Shown here: piece after piece, positions 1 to 7,669 of the stretch
Layout of the letters: each line of letters starts with the position of its first letter
How positions within the stretch are numbered: the first letter of the stretch is position 1
DNA from: a virus
Lineage: Duplodnaviria; Caudoviricetes
Length of the DNA: 64,000 bases
IMG/VR virus record: IMGVR_UViG_3300042465_005116
Coordinates: 128,001 to 192,000 of that record
Strand: one strand, 5' to 3'
The notes under the pieces: generated by a model
What the model was told of the DNA's origin: nothing
Databases searched by the model: none
The model's input: the letters and a program-made list of their open reading frames with translations, nothing else
Program-made: the position numbers and the translations under genes

Positions 1-156
1 TTCACTCAATCCTTTTTTTGCTGCCCTATAAATGTTTGTTGAAACTTGATTCATTACTTCGAACCCACGTTTTTCTAAAAAACGAGCAACCCTTATATTG
101 TTATTAGGGTCTAAATATTTTTTCCAATCAAGTGTAGTAAAAGTTCTGCTTTTCAT
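1..156 (-). CDS. 5' part of a hypothetical protein running off the window edge (MKSRTFTTLDWKKYLDP...)
   Basis: ATG at 156, open frame to position 1; not in the ORF track. Confidence 0.5.
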   Translation of the reverse strand, partial: MKSRTFTTLDWKKYLDPNNNIRVARFLEKRGFEVMNQVSTNIYRAAKKGLSE

Positions 157-205
157 GATGAAATTATTAGATTACTATTAAATATCAGTTACTAAAAGTT
201 TTAGA

Positions 206-1132
206 TTATCGTATGTTATAATAATCATTTCGAAATTGTATTTGTGAATTATGTCCATCGTTATAATATCCTGGCCCATAGTAATCAGTTGGGTAATATA
301 CTCCACCATTTCTATATCCGCCATATGAATAATCGGGTGTATAGTTAGAAGGGGTATATGGAGGCGATGGTGGTTCTGGTGGAGACGGTTCTGATTGGGG
401 TGTTTGTGTGATATTCAAACTCTTATCTGATGGTCTTGTTATAATTATTTCTTTAGGTTTAAGAGTATCAGATGTTATTGCAATTGCAAATTCTTTATCA
501 TTAAGTGTTTGTTTTAGATAATCACTCCATCCCATTCCAAATGTTCCTTGTGGGTCATGAGTAGTTATCCAAGTACCAATTCCATCAATTGGATATATAG
601 GGTCACTAATTATTTTACCGGATTCAGTATTTCTAAATCCATCAGTAAAGACTACTAACCATTGAATATGTAATAACATTTCTTCAATTGTAGCAATCGT
701 TTTAGTAACTTTAGTTTCTGAGTAAAGTTCTCCTATTGATAATTTATTTATCCTGTGATGGTTTTTTAATTCACCATAATCCATTGGTATTATTGGAACT
801 GTAAATTTATTAAAATATGGGTTACCATCTTCTTTTGCTTTTAATAATTTTTCTTTAAAAGGGTCGGATGTCCATTCTTCTACAAACCCTTCTTCCTCAT
901 CGTAAAATTGAACAATAAAATTAAAATCAACATATGGATATAGATTAGGGTCTAATACATTTAATTTATCAAGTGGATATGTTTTAAAATCAAGATAATT
1001 GGTTGTTCTATCTTTTCCATATTTACGCACGTATCCTTCCTCCTTTGAATAAAATGTTTTTATATTATTCAAATCGGTAGTTGTTTGTGCCGGATAAGTG
1101 TTTCGTAAATTTTCTAATCGAGTATAATCCAT
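206..1132 (-). CDS. hypothetical protein with Pro-rich linker and Tyr/Gly-rich C-terminus
   Basis: 308-aa ORF; PSPPEPPSPP linker; upstream ATATTTATAG motif. Confidence 0.7.
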   Translation of the reverse strand: MDYTRLENLRNTYPAQTTTDLNNIKTFYSKEEGYVRKYGKDRTTNYLDFKTYPLDKLNVLDPNLYPYVDFNFIVQFYDEEEGFVEEWTSDPFKEKLLKAKEDGNPYFNKFTVPIIPMDYGELKNHHRINKLSIGELYSETKVTKTIATIEEMLLHIQWLVVFTDGFRNTESGKIISDPIYPIDGIGTWITTHDPQGTFGMGWSDYLKQTLNDKEFAIAITSDTLKPKEIIITRPSDKSLNITQTPQSEPSPPEPPSPPYTPSNYTPDYSYGGYRNGGVYYPTDYYGPGYYNDGHNSQIQFRNDYYNIR

Positions 1133-1160
1133 ATCTATAAATATGGATAACTGAAAAATA

Positions 1161-1370
1161 TTATTGTGGAGGGTCTTCTACTATTTCTGCTTCTTCAATT
1201 GTTCTACAAAAAATATAGGTAGCATTTTTTGTTCTAAACGCACAATCACAATTTAACCATTCCTTTATTGTAGCTACATCAGGTACTCGCTCGGTTGGGT
1301 ATTCCGCTACAACTTGATATAGATTATCATTTATTTTTTGTATGGGAAATGGTATTCCTGAGTTACGCAT
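1161..1370 (-). CDS. hypothetical protein
   Basis: 69-aa ORF packed in the minus-strand operon. Confidence 0.55.
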   Translation of the reverse strand: MRNSGIPFPIQKINDNLYQVVAEYPTERVPDVATIKEWLNCDCAFRTKNATYIFCRTIEEAEIVEDPPQ

Positions 1371-1560
1371 TATTTATTGTATTCTTTGAATCCAACGATA
1401 ACAACCATTACCAACATCAATGCACCAAATATTTCTAGTAGAGATGATTGATTAGTTGGGTGGAGGTGTCCATCATATACATATACTGCTAGGGTTATCA
1501 ATAGTATCGTAAGGATTCCTTTTAAGTAATTTGAAAATGATTCGTTCATAATTTATAATT

Positions 1561-2676
1561 TTAATGTGAATCTTCTACATTATGTTTTTCTGCAAAGATT
1601 AAATAATCTGGGTTAATAACTTTTGCAATCTTTTGTCTTTCGCCGGTTTGGTGTTTGATTACAATTCCTTCCTCTGGTACTTTTGTATTTGGAATAAAAT
1701 TATTGAATGTGTATTTATCTTGTACTTCTTGTGACCAACTTCCGTAGTGTAAAATTTCTACATAAGGTAATTCCAAAATATCTTTAATCAGTAACCTAGC
1801 ATTAATAACACTTAAATACTCACTATTCTCTTTTACATCGAATCCTACGAACTTAATCTCCGTTAACCCATAATCATATCCCTTTTGGATTCCCGCTCCG
1901 TAAATCTCACCATATAAGGTAATACCATCACCAATCTCCGGCTCCATTGTATTACTCTTAACATAATCCCACAACTTATTTTTGATATCGTATTTCCTTT
2001 CAATATCATACCAAACATTGGTATCATAGAATCCTTGAGAATCAGAGCCTTTCTCTACATTATGTGAACCAACTACAAATTCATATTCAGTCCATTTGTT
2101 ACCAAACAACTTTTTAATTCTATCTAATATAGATAATTTAGTTTTCTTAACAATACCATAACGAGCATTTGTTCCGTGAATCTTACGAGTAATTTCCACA
2201 GTGTCATCTTCAGTAAACATTCCCGGTACATTTTTTAAGTTAGGAAACTTATAGTAGACATGAAAGTGTGGGTTATCTTGATAACGAATCTTTCTACCAC
2301 TTGCTAATTGAACCATTTTAACTGGTGGTTCATATTTGTAAATACCTAAATAATCCATCATATCATCACCTTCACTAACGATTGGTGTTAACGTATATGG
2401 AATAATTAAAGACTCACTATAAACTCCTCTTAACTTAACAGTTCTAACCCTACCACCATTACGAAGATAATTGGTTACTCCTAATTTTTCGGATAAATCA
2501 AATGGAATTACCGCATCGGTTGTTGCACATATTACTAACTCACCAACATTATGAGCATCTTTTTTTACTATACAATTCCAACCACCAACTACTGCTAATT
2601 CAATATTATCAGCACCATCAATAGGTTTAATTTCATTTATTTTTGCCACATAGCAAACTGAATTATTATTTTCCAT
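1561..2676 (-). CDS. ATP-dependent RNA ligase (Rnl2/DRB0094-like)
   Basis: Nucleotidyltransferase motifs KIHG (I), YGEIYG (III), FVGFDV (IIIa), EGIVIK (IV), KVINPDY (V); likely start MENNNSVCYVAK at 2676. Confidence 0.85.
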   Translation of the reverse strand: MENNNSVCYVAKINEIKPIDGADNIELAVVGGWNCIVKKDAHNVGELVICATTDAVIPFDLSEKLGVTNYLRNGGRVRTVKLRGVYSESLIIPYTLTPIVSEGDDMMDYLGIYKYEPPVKMVQLASGRKIRYQDNPHFHVYYKFPNLKNVPGMFTEDDTVEITRKIHGTNARYGIVKKTKLSILDRIKKLFGNKWTEYEFVVGSHNVEKGSDSQGFYDTNVWYDIERKYDIKNKLWDYVKSNTMEPEIGDGITLYGEIYGAGIQKGYDYGLTEIKFVGFDVKENSEYLSVINARLLIKDILELPYVEILHYGSWSQEVQDKYTFNNFIPNTKVPEEGIVIKHQTGERQKIAKVINPDYLIFAEKHNVEDSH

Positions 2677-2677
2677 A

Positions 2678-2974
2678 TTATTTATTTTTAAATTGTTCAA
2701 ACCATTCTTTAAATGATAATTTACATTCAATTCCATCAGATACATTTGCTTTCCAGCAAGCCATAAATGATTCTGCCATATCTTCCTCACTATACATTCT
2801 TTCTTTAGATTTAACACCCACTCTAAATCCACTCCAAAAAATATTGGCTTCACGATTTAAATCTGATAGATTAGATTCTTTTTCAGTATCCTCAACCCAA
2901 TTTTCATACAATCCCAAATTCTCATCATATCTCATCATGTCAATGAGGTGTTGTTTTTGTTCTTCTTTTTTCAT
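2678..2974 (-). CDS. hypothetical protein
   Basis: 98-aa ORF abutting the ligase start. Confidence 0.6.
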   Translation of the reverse strand: MKKEEQKQHLIDMMRYDENLGLYENWVEDTEKESNLSDLNREANIFWSGFRVGVKSKERMYSEEDMAESFMACWKANVSDGIECKLSFKEWFEQFKNK

Positions 2975-3018
2975 AACTTTTCTATTTCTTAAAGGTTTCG
3001 TCGTAGTATTGTGTTCCT

Positions 3019-3531
3019 TTATAATTTAATCTCAAAACGATTTTTCATTTGTTCTAACTTATCAGCAGGAACTCCATGTTGATTTACTCCACCATGTCTA
3101 TTCTCTACTATAATAGTGAATACCATATAACCATACTTTTCAGCTAACTTAAAATATTCTTCCATCTCCCATTCTTGAGTAAATGTATTTGATACTACAA
3201 TCTCTGGATAGAATTGTGGATTGACTTCGTTATCTTTCATACGAATTTCGACTTGTTCTTTACACCACTTATGTGCATCTTTTATTTTAGAACCATCAAA
3301 ATTATAGTTTCCTTCTTTATCATAAAAGAATTTATCTGCTTCACAAATTGCGTAATCATTCCAAATGAATCCGGCTAATGTTGATTTACCACTTCCTGGT
3401 AATCCCCTTACTAATGTTAATACTTTTGGTATCATATATTTTATTTCTTGTTTATCAATAAACTCTTTTATAGCTTGTCGTTTTTCATCATTGAATACAT
3501 CTTCCAATTTAATTTCTTGTTTAGTTTCCAT
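3019..3531 (-). CDS. P-loop polynucleotide kinase-like protein (AAA_33)
   Basis: Walker A GLPGSGKS, EADKFF, VVSNTFTQEWEM, ENRHGGVNQHGVP; alternative start at 3435. Confidence 0.8.
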   Translation of the reverse strand: METKQEIKLEDVFNDEKRQAIKEFIDKQEIKYMIPKVLTLVRGLPGSGKSTLAGFIWNDYAICEADKFFYDKEGNYNFDGSKIKDAHKWCKEQVEIRMKDNEVNPQFYPEIVVSNTFTQEWEMEEYFKLAEKYGYMVFTIIVENRHGGVNQHGVPADKLEQMKNRFEIKL

Positions 3532-3537
3532 ACCATT

Positions 3538-4191
3538 TTATCTATAATTTTCAACTATTTCGTGGTGGTCAAACACAAACATACTTTTGATTGGTTGTTT
3601 ATTCATCAATCTTAATATCTCACTCATTTCAATTGGATACAATTCGTTTCCATCACATCCCACATCCATCATTTTACCCGAACCAATTCGTTTATCAGCC
3701 GGAAAGTGAACGTGTCCATGCAAATGGATAGCTCCCCTAGCCATATTATCCCAACTTGCTATTGGAAAGTGCATTAGAGCGAATCTTTGTTCTCCCATTA
3801 AAGGAGTCCCTACATTCCACTTAACAACTAAGTTTAAGTATTTGTTTACGGAACTAAATAACTTTTGACAACCTTCTTTATCACTTTCAATGTGATGGTC
3901 GTGGTTACCGGTAATGATGTGAACATTTTTACAAAAAATGCTATCTCTGAATTTTTGTATTTGTTCGAATCCTCCAAAACTCCAATCACCTAAATGGAAA
4001 AGGATATCATCCTGTTCAACCTTTTCGTTGATGTTAGCAATAAGGTGTGAGTTCATTTGTTCCAATGATATGAATTCTCTACACGTTACGGGGTCTGACC
4101 ATTGGGTTGTAGATGAACATATATTAGCATGGTTGTAGTGGGTATCACTTGTGAACCATAACCTTTGTCCTTTGTTTAGATTTAATTTCAT
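3538..4191 (-). CDS. calcineurin-like metallophosphoesterase
   Basis: SDTHYNH, HLGD, GNHD, HLHGHVH motifs. Confidence 0.85.
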   Translation of the reverse strand: MKLNLNKGQRLWFTSDTHYNHANICSSTTQWSDPVTCREFISLEQMNSHLIANINEKVEQDDILFHLGDWSFGGFEQIQKFRDSIFCKNVHIITGNHDHHIESDKEGCQKLFSSVNKYLNLVVKWNVGTPLMGEQRFALMHFPIASWDNMARGAIHLHGHVHFPADKRIGSGKMMDVGCDGNELYPIEMSEILRLMNKQPIKSMFVFDHHEIVENYR

Positions 4192-4207
4192 AACCTTTTC
4201 TTATAAC

Positions 4208-4239
4208 CAAATATACAAAAAAAACCTCACATTACCAAA
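4208..4239 (-). promoter_or_regulatory. Bacteroidota-type sigma-A promoter for the RNA-repair operon
   Basis: TTTG-N20-TATATTTG. Confidence 0.75.
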
Positions 4240-4262
4240 TAATTTATGAGGTTTTTTTATAG

Positions 4263-4336
4263 TGGACCAGATAGGATTCGAACCTATGACCTCAACATTA
4301 TGAGTGTTTTGCTCTAACCAACTGAGCTACAAGTCC
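4263..4336 (-). tRNA. tRNA (CAT), probably Ile2 (lysidine) or elongator Met
   Basis: Cloverleaf, loop CTCATAA, TTCGAAT T-loop, A73. Confidence 0.85.
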
Positions 4337-4385
4337 ATTATCGTTTAATCTAACGATAAAATCTGATATCGTTTCTTTCAACGAT

Positions 4386-4418
4386 AAAAAATAAGCAGGT
4401 GTGGAATCACCTACTTAT
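4386..4418 (-). terminator. intrinsic terminator
   Basis: ATAAGTAGGTG/CACCTGCTTAT hairpin followed by a T-run. Confidence 0.6.
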
Positions 4419-4474
4419 ATAGTGAATGAGAAACATATGAATCTCTTGCGGCTATATCACCAAAGCCCATTAGG

Positions 4475-4588
4475 TGCCGGAGGAAGGATTGGTTACCTAC
4501 ACGATTTCCTTACGGAGTAATCAACTTTTTACAAAGTCACGTCTCAAGGTTTACTACCCAAAGGGAATGCTCTTTCCGCCACTCCGGC
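4475..4588 (-). ncRNA. tRNA-Leu-like RNA lacking an anticodon loop
   Basis: Perfect 7-bp acceptor GCCGGAG/CTCCGGC plus A73; 35-nt D-loop; ACTTT-GTAA-AAAGT anticodon arm; long variable arm; degenerate T-loop. Confidence 0.6.
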
Positions 4589-4604
4589 ATATATCTTTTT
4601 TTTG

Positions 4605-4678
4605 TGGAGGTGATAGGAGTCGAACCTACTACCCTCTGCGTGCAAGGCAGATGCTCTAGCCAAATGAGCTACACCCCC
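4605..4678 (-). tRNA. tRNA-Ala(TGC)
   Basis: Cloverleaf, G3:U70, loop CTTGCAC. Confidence 0.95.
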
Positions 4679-4792
4679 CCAATTAATGTAATGTCTGTAC
4701 GGTTTGTATCTTATCCACACTTTTATTGTGTTTCATTAGTTTCCATTTCATACTTAGCGTCCGTTCCGTCATTCTTTCGAATCATTACATCG

Positions 4793-4878
4793 TACCAGAG
4801 GTGGGAGTCGAACCCACACGAGCGATTTATGCTCAACAGATTTTAAGTCTGTCATGTCTACCATTCCATCACTCCGGC
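4793..4878 (-). tRNA. tRNA-Leu(TAA)
   Basis: Class II cloverleaf, loop CTTAAAA. Confidence 0.95.
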
Positions 4879-4894
4879 ATTTATTCTAATTATC

Positions 4895-5329
4895 CTAATT
4901 TAGTTTACTTAATATTACCCCATTAAGTTTAGTATGATTATCATCTGGATTTATTAATATATCGATTTTATTTTTCCATCGCGGATTCATTAAATCCCTA
5001 ACGTAGTAAACTCCATTGTATTTTCCAGCATTTGACACTCTTACTTTTTCACCAAATTTAAATTTCTTTTTTATATCTCTACTTACTGCAATCACTCTAT
5101 GTTTTTTAGGATTATCCTCATCTAATTCAAAGCCACTCGCCGTTTCTAACGGAGTATCATCAGTTTGTAAAGGGTCAATTGTATATGTAGTCATCGTAAC
5201 AACAAATTTCTTAATTTCCTTAACAACCTCTTCCTTTACCATAGTTTCGATTTTGAATGGATTGGGTGGGGTTACATTTGATGGTAGGATTACCGCAGTA
5301 ATTAATAATATCAATATTAATCTTTTCAT
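4895..5329 (-). CDS. 3D (Asp-Asp-Asp) domain cell-wall protein with N-terminal signal/anchor
   Basis: TTYT...QTDDTPLETASG, IAVSRD, VRD...IDIL pattern. Confidence 0.75.
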   Translation of the reverse strand: MKRLILILLITAVILPSNVTPPNPFKIETMVKEEVVKEIKKFVVTMTTYTIDPLQTDDTPLETASGFELDEDNPKKHRVIAVSRDIKKKFKFGEKVRVSNAGKYNGVYYVRDLMNPRWKNKIDILINPDDNHTKLNGVILSKLN

Positions 5330-5368
5330 AATTTACATTTATGGTTAATAATAACTATTACACTTTTG

Positions 5369-5442
5369 TGATTCGGAAAGGATTCGAACCTTTGGCCTAT
5401 TCATTAGAAGTGAATTGCTCTATCCAACTGAGCTACCGAACC
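5369..5442 (-). tRNA. tRNA-Arg(TCT)
   Basis: Cloverleaf, loop CTTCTAA. Confidence 0.95.
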
Positions 5443-5447
5443 AAATC

Positions 5448-5612
5448 GTTGTTTCAACTTGCAAGTTTACTCTTAACATCTCTTTCTCTACAACGTCTGA
5501 ATTTAATCAACATTTGTAGTCCGAATGTAGCTTCTGGGTAATTACTCCAATGCTTCTATGTAACTCTATATAACTTACTTTGTTACTAAGTGTGTTAAGT
5601 GTATGAAACAAC
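5448..5612 (-). ncRNA. candidate 165-nt structured RNA between tRNA-Asp and tRNA-Arg
   Basis: Terminal 9-bp stem GTTGTTTCA/TGAAACAAC continued by TACACTTAACA/TGTTAAGAGTA; internal hairpins. Confidence 0.45.
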
Positions 5613-5615
5613 TTG

Positions 5616-5689
5616 CGGAATGTATGGGACTCGAACCCATGACCTCATCCGTGACAGGGATGCATTCTAACCAACTGAACTAACACTCC
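5616..5689 (-). tRNA. tRNA-Asp(GTC)
   Basis: Cloverleaf, loop CTGTCAC, G73. Confidence 0.95.
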
Positions 5690-5694
5690 AAATG

Positions 5695-5767
5695 AGCCTC
5701 CTGTCGGATTCGAACCAACGACCCCTTCATTACAAGTGAAGTGCTCTACCAACTGAGCTAAGGAGGC
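5695..5767 (-). tRNA. tRNA-Thr(TGT)
   Basis: Cloverleaf, loop CTTGTAA. Confidence 0.95.
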
Positions 5768-5855
5768 GTTTGATAGGTGACCCTCCTATCGTGAAACTAT
5801 ACATCGTTTCTTTTCTTTATAGAACTCTATTCAGAGAACTGCTGGAACATTTTTG

Positions 5856-5927
5856 TACTCCCAACGGGATTCGAACCCGTATTACTACCGTGAAAGGGTA
5901 GTGACCTAACCATTAGTCGATAGGAGC
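5856..5927 (-). tRNA. tRNA-Glu(TTC)
   Basis: Cloverleaf, loop CTTTCAC. Confidence 0.95.
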
Positions 5928-5946
5928 ATATAATTTTATAACAATG

Positions 5947-5978
5947 TAAAGATACGAAGAATATTCCACATATCCAAA
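5947..5978 (-). promoter_or_regulatory. internal sigma-A-type promoter in the tRNA array
   Basis: TTTG-N20-TATCTTTA. Confidence 0.7.
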
Positions 5979-5979
5979 T

Positions 5980-6441
5980 TTAATTGTGTATTTTTACTAA
6001 GTGGTCAGCAGCATAAGTTGCTATTGGCCCTAATGATTTATATCTTACTGAATACCCCATACCTTCAACCATACCCACTGCTTGTCTAAACACTTCGTTA
6101 GATTTAAAGCGTGGGTCTGGGTTCAAGTCAATATCAATCCACTTAGGTTTTGGAATACCAGCCTCGCGTAATTCTTCGGCAGTTTCAATTGCAAACCAAA
6201 CTTCTTGTAATAATCTAACTGAACGGATTCTTTCTCTTTCACTATTCCATCTTCTATACAATACATGTGCACCCTTTCCTTTTCTATATAAGGCAACTAC
6301 GATTGCATAAATAGTTTTGTTACCTGAATTTTGTGAATCACAACCAATTAAGATTTCTGCATCGGTATTCGTAATCATATATTCTTTGATATATGAAATC
6401 AATTCCACTTCTTCTGCCGTATACAATTTTTTATAAACCAT
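5980..6441 (-). CDS. RNase H-like protein (YkuK/DUF458 family)
   Basis: ILIGCDSQ, LLQEVWFAIETAE, IDIDLN, AADHLVK acidic motifs. Confidence 0.75.
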   Translation of the reverse strand: MVYKKLYTAEEVELISYIKEYMITNTDAEILIGCDSQNSGNKTIYAIVVALYRKGKGAHVLYRRWNSERERIRSVRLLQEVWFAIETAEELREAGIPKPKWIDIDLNPDPRFKSNEVFRQAVGMVEGMGYSVRYKSLGPIATYAADHLVKIHN

Positions 6442-6461
6442 AATTTTACCTTTTTATTTTG

Positions 6462-6536
6462 TACCCATAGTAGGACTCGAACCTACAATTGTGTGGTGTC
6501 TAAAGCCACTGCGTATTCCAATTCCGCCATACGGGT
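6462..6536 (-). tRNA. tRNA-Leu(TAG) with short variable region
   Basis: Leu-type D-arm GGCGGAATTGGAATACGC, loop TTTAGAC, 6-nt variable region. Confidence 0.85.
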
Positions 6537-6545
6537 ATATTTCAG

Positions 6546-6631
6546 CAGAGAGTGAGGGGCTCGAACCCTCGCGGCTTTAACACCCTAACGATTTAGCAAA
6601 CCGTCCCCTTCACCAACTTGGGTAACTCTCT
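6546..6631 (-). tRNA. tRNA-Ser(GCT)
   Basis: Class II cloverleaf, loop TTGCTAA, G73. Confidence 0.95.
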
Positions 6632-6633
6632 AT

Positions 6634-6710
6634 TGGGGTGATTAATGGGATTCGAACCCATACTATCAGTACCACAAACTGACGTGCTAACCATTAACAC
6701 TATAAACACC
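6634..6710 (-). tRNA. tRNA-His(GTG)
   Basis: G-1:C73 pair, loop TTGTGGT, encoded CCA. Confidence 0.95.
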
Positions 6711-6715
6711 ATATG

Positions 6716-6786
6716 TTGCGTGTTTGAGGTTTGAACTCAATTGGTCATCCTTATGAGAGATAACTCTTTTCCACTAAGCCACGCAA
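6716..6786 (-). tRNA. atypical tRNA (CAT), probable elongator Met
   Basis: Normal anticodon arm (CTCATAA) and T-arm, but the acceptor TTGCGTG/CACGCAA lacks the 8-9 linker. Confidence 0.6.
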
Positions 6787-6790
6787 TGTG

Positions 6791-6862
6791 AGGCGGGTAT
6801 TGGATTCGAACCAATGTTAAAGGTTTTGCAGACCTCCTCCTAACCACTCGAGACAACTCGCC
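6791..6862 (-). tRNA. tRNA-Cys(GCA)
   Basis: Cloverleaf, loop CTGCAAA, U73. Confidence 0.95.
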
Positions 6863-6927
6863 ATTATTTGTTGTTCACTTTTTTTGTTTGTTCACCGATA
6901 GTGAACACTCTAAATTTGTGAACATTG

Positions 6928-7000
6928 TAGTTCCATAAGGACTCGAACCCTAACTTTTTCATCCGTAGTGAAAGGTGCTATCCAATTACACCATAGAACT
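6928..7000 (-). tRNA. tRNA-Arg(ACG)
   Basis: Cloverleaf, loop CTACGGA. Confidence 0.95.
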
Positions 7001-7006
7001 ATTTTG

Positions 7007-7077
7007 CACCCCCTGAAAGATTCGAACTTTCATCTGCGGTTTTGGAGACCGATATGCTACCATTGCACCAAAGAGAT
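7007..7077 (-). tRNA. tRNA-Trp(CCA)
   Basis: Cloverleaf, loop CTCCAAA, G73, wobble-rich acceptor. Confidence 0.9.
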
Positions 7078-7139
7078 GTATTATTAGTGTTCCAAAACTC
7101 TATTTTTTTGTTAGATTTGGAACACCAATAACCAAATTG

Positions 7140-7213
7140 TTGGTAATGCGGGATTCGAACCTGCCACCTTCTCGGTATCAGCGAGATGCTCTAACCAAAT
7201 GAGCTAATTACCA
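7140..7213 (-). tRNA. tRNA-Ile(GAT)
   Basis: Cloverleaf, loop CTGATAC. Confidence 0.95.
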
Positions 7214-7219
7214 ATGTTG

Positions 7220-7295
7220 TCGGATAAGCAGGATTCGAACCTGCGTGCTCCACATCCCAAATGTGGCGAGATAGACCTGACTCCTCTACTATCCG
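7220..7295 (-). tRNA. tRNA-Pro(TGG)
   Basis: Cloverleaf, C1:G72, loop TTTGGGA. Confidence 0.95.
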
Positions 7296-7301
7296 TTATT
7301 G

Positions 7302-7375
7302 TGAACCCGAATGGACTCGAACCATTGACTCCCTCATTAAAAGTGAGGTGCTCTAACCAACTGAGCTACGAGTTC
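7302..7375 (-). tRNA. tRNA-Lys(TTT)
   Basis: Cloverleaf, loop CTTTTAA. Confidence 0.95.
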
Positions 7376-7381
7376 ATTCTG

Positions 7382-7454
7382 TGGAGAAAGTTGGTTACGC
7401 TCCAACTCCTGTGGATTTTCAGTCCACTGCTTCTACTAAGTTAGCTTCTTCTCC
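7382..7454 (-). tRNA. tRNA-Phe(GAA) with non-canonical T-loop
   Basis: Loop CTGAAAA; T-arm GTTGG-AGCGTAA-CCAAC. Confidence 0.85.
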
Positions 7455-7461
7455 TATTAAG

Positions 7462-7543
7462 TGCCTGCAGATGGACTCGAACCACCGAACTCCGAAGAGA
7501 GGAGATTTACAGTCTCCAGCAATTGCCACTATGCGATACAGGC
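7462..7543 (-). tRNA. tRNA-Tyr(GTA)
   Basis: Class II cloverleaf, loop CTGTAAA. Confidence 0.95.
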
Positions 7544-7589
7544 TAATTGAGTTGTATTCCAAATTCGAATTTGGAATAATTTCAAATTG

Positions 7590-7663
7590 TAGAAGATATA
7601 GGATTCGAACCTATGACCCTTTGGATGTAAACCAAATGCTCTAACCAACTGAGCTAATCTTCT
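7590..7663 (-). tRNA. tRNA-Val(TAC)
   Basis: Cloverleaf, loop TTTACAT. Confidence 0.95.
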
Positions 7664-7669
7664 ATGTTG

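Noticed and set aside
2677-2853. N-terminal extension of the RNA ligase ORF
   Set aside because: Overlaps the upstream gene 2678..2974; homology-like sequence begins at MENNNSVCY (2676).
4711-4719. Isolated perfect DnaA box TTATCCACA in a tRNA spacer
   Set aside because: Single copy with no supporting context.
4474-7644. Plus-strand ORFs 4474..4659, 4604..4846, 4726..4926, 5341..5541, 7214..7444 and 7381..7644
   Set aside because: They are antisense read-throughs of tRNA genes with no protein features.
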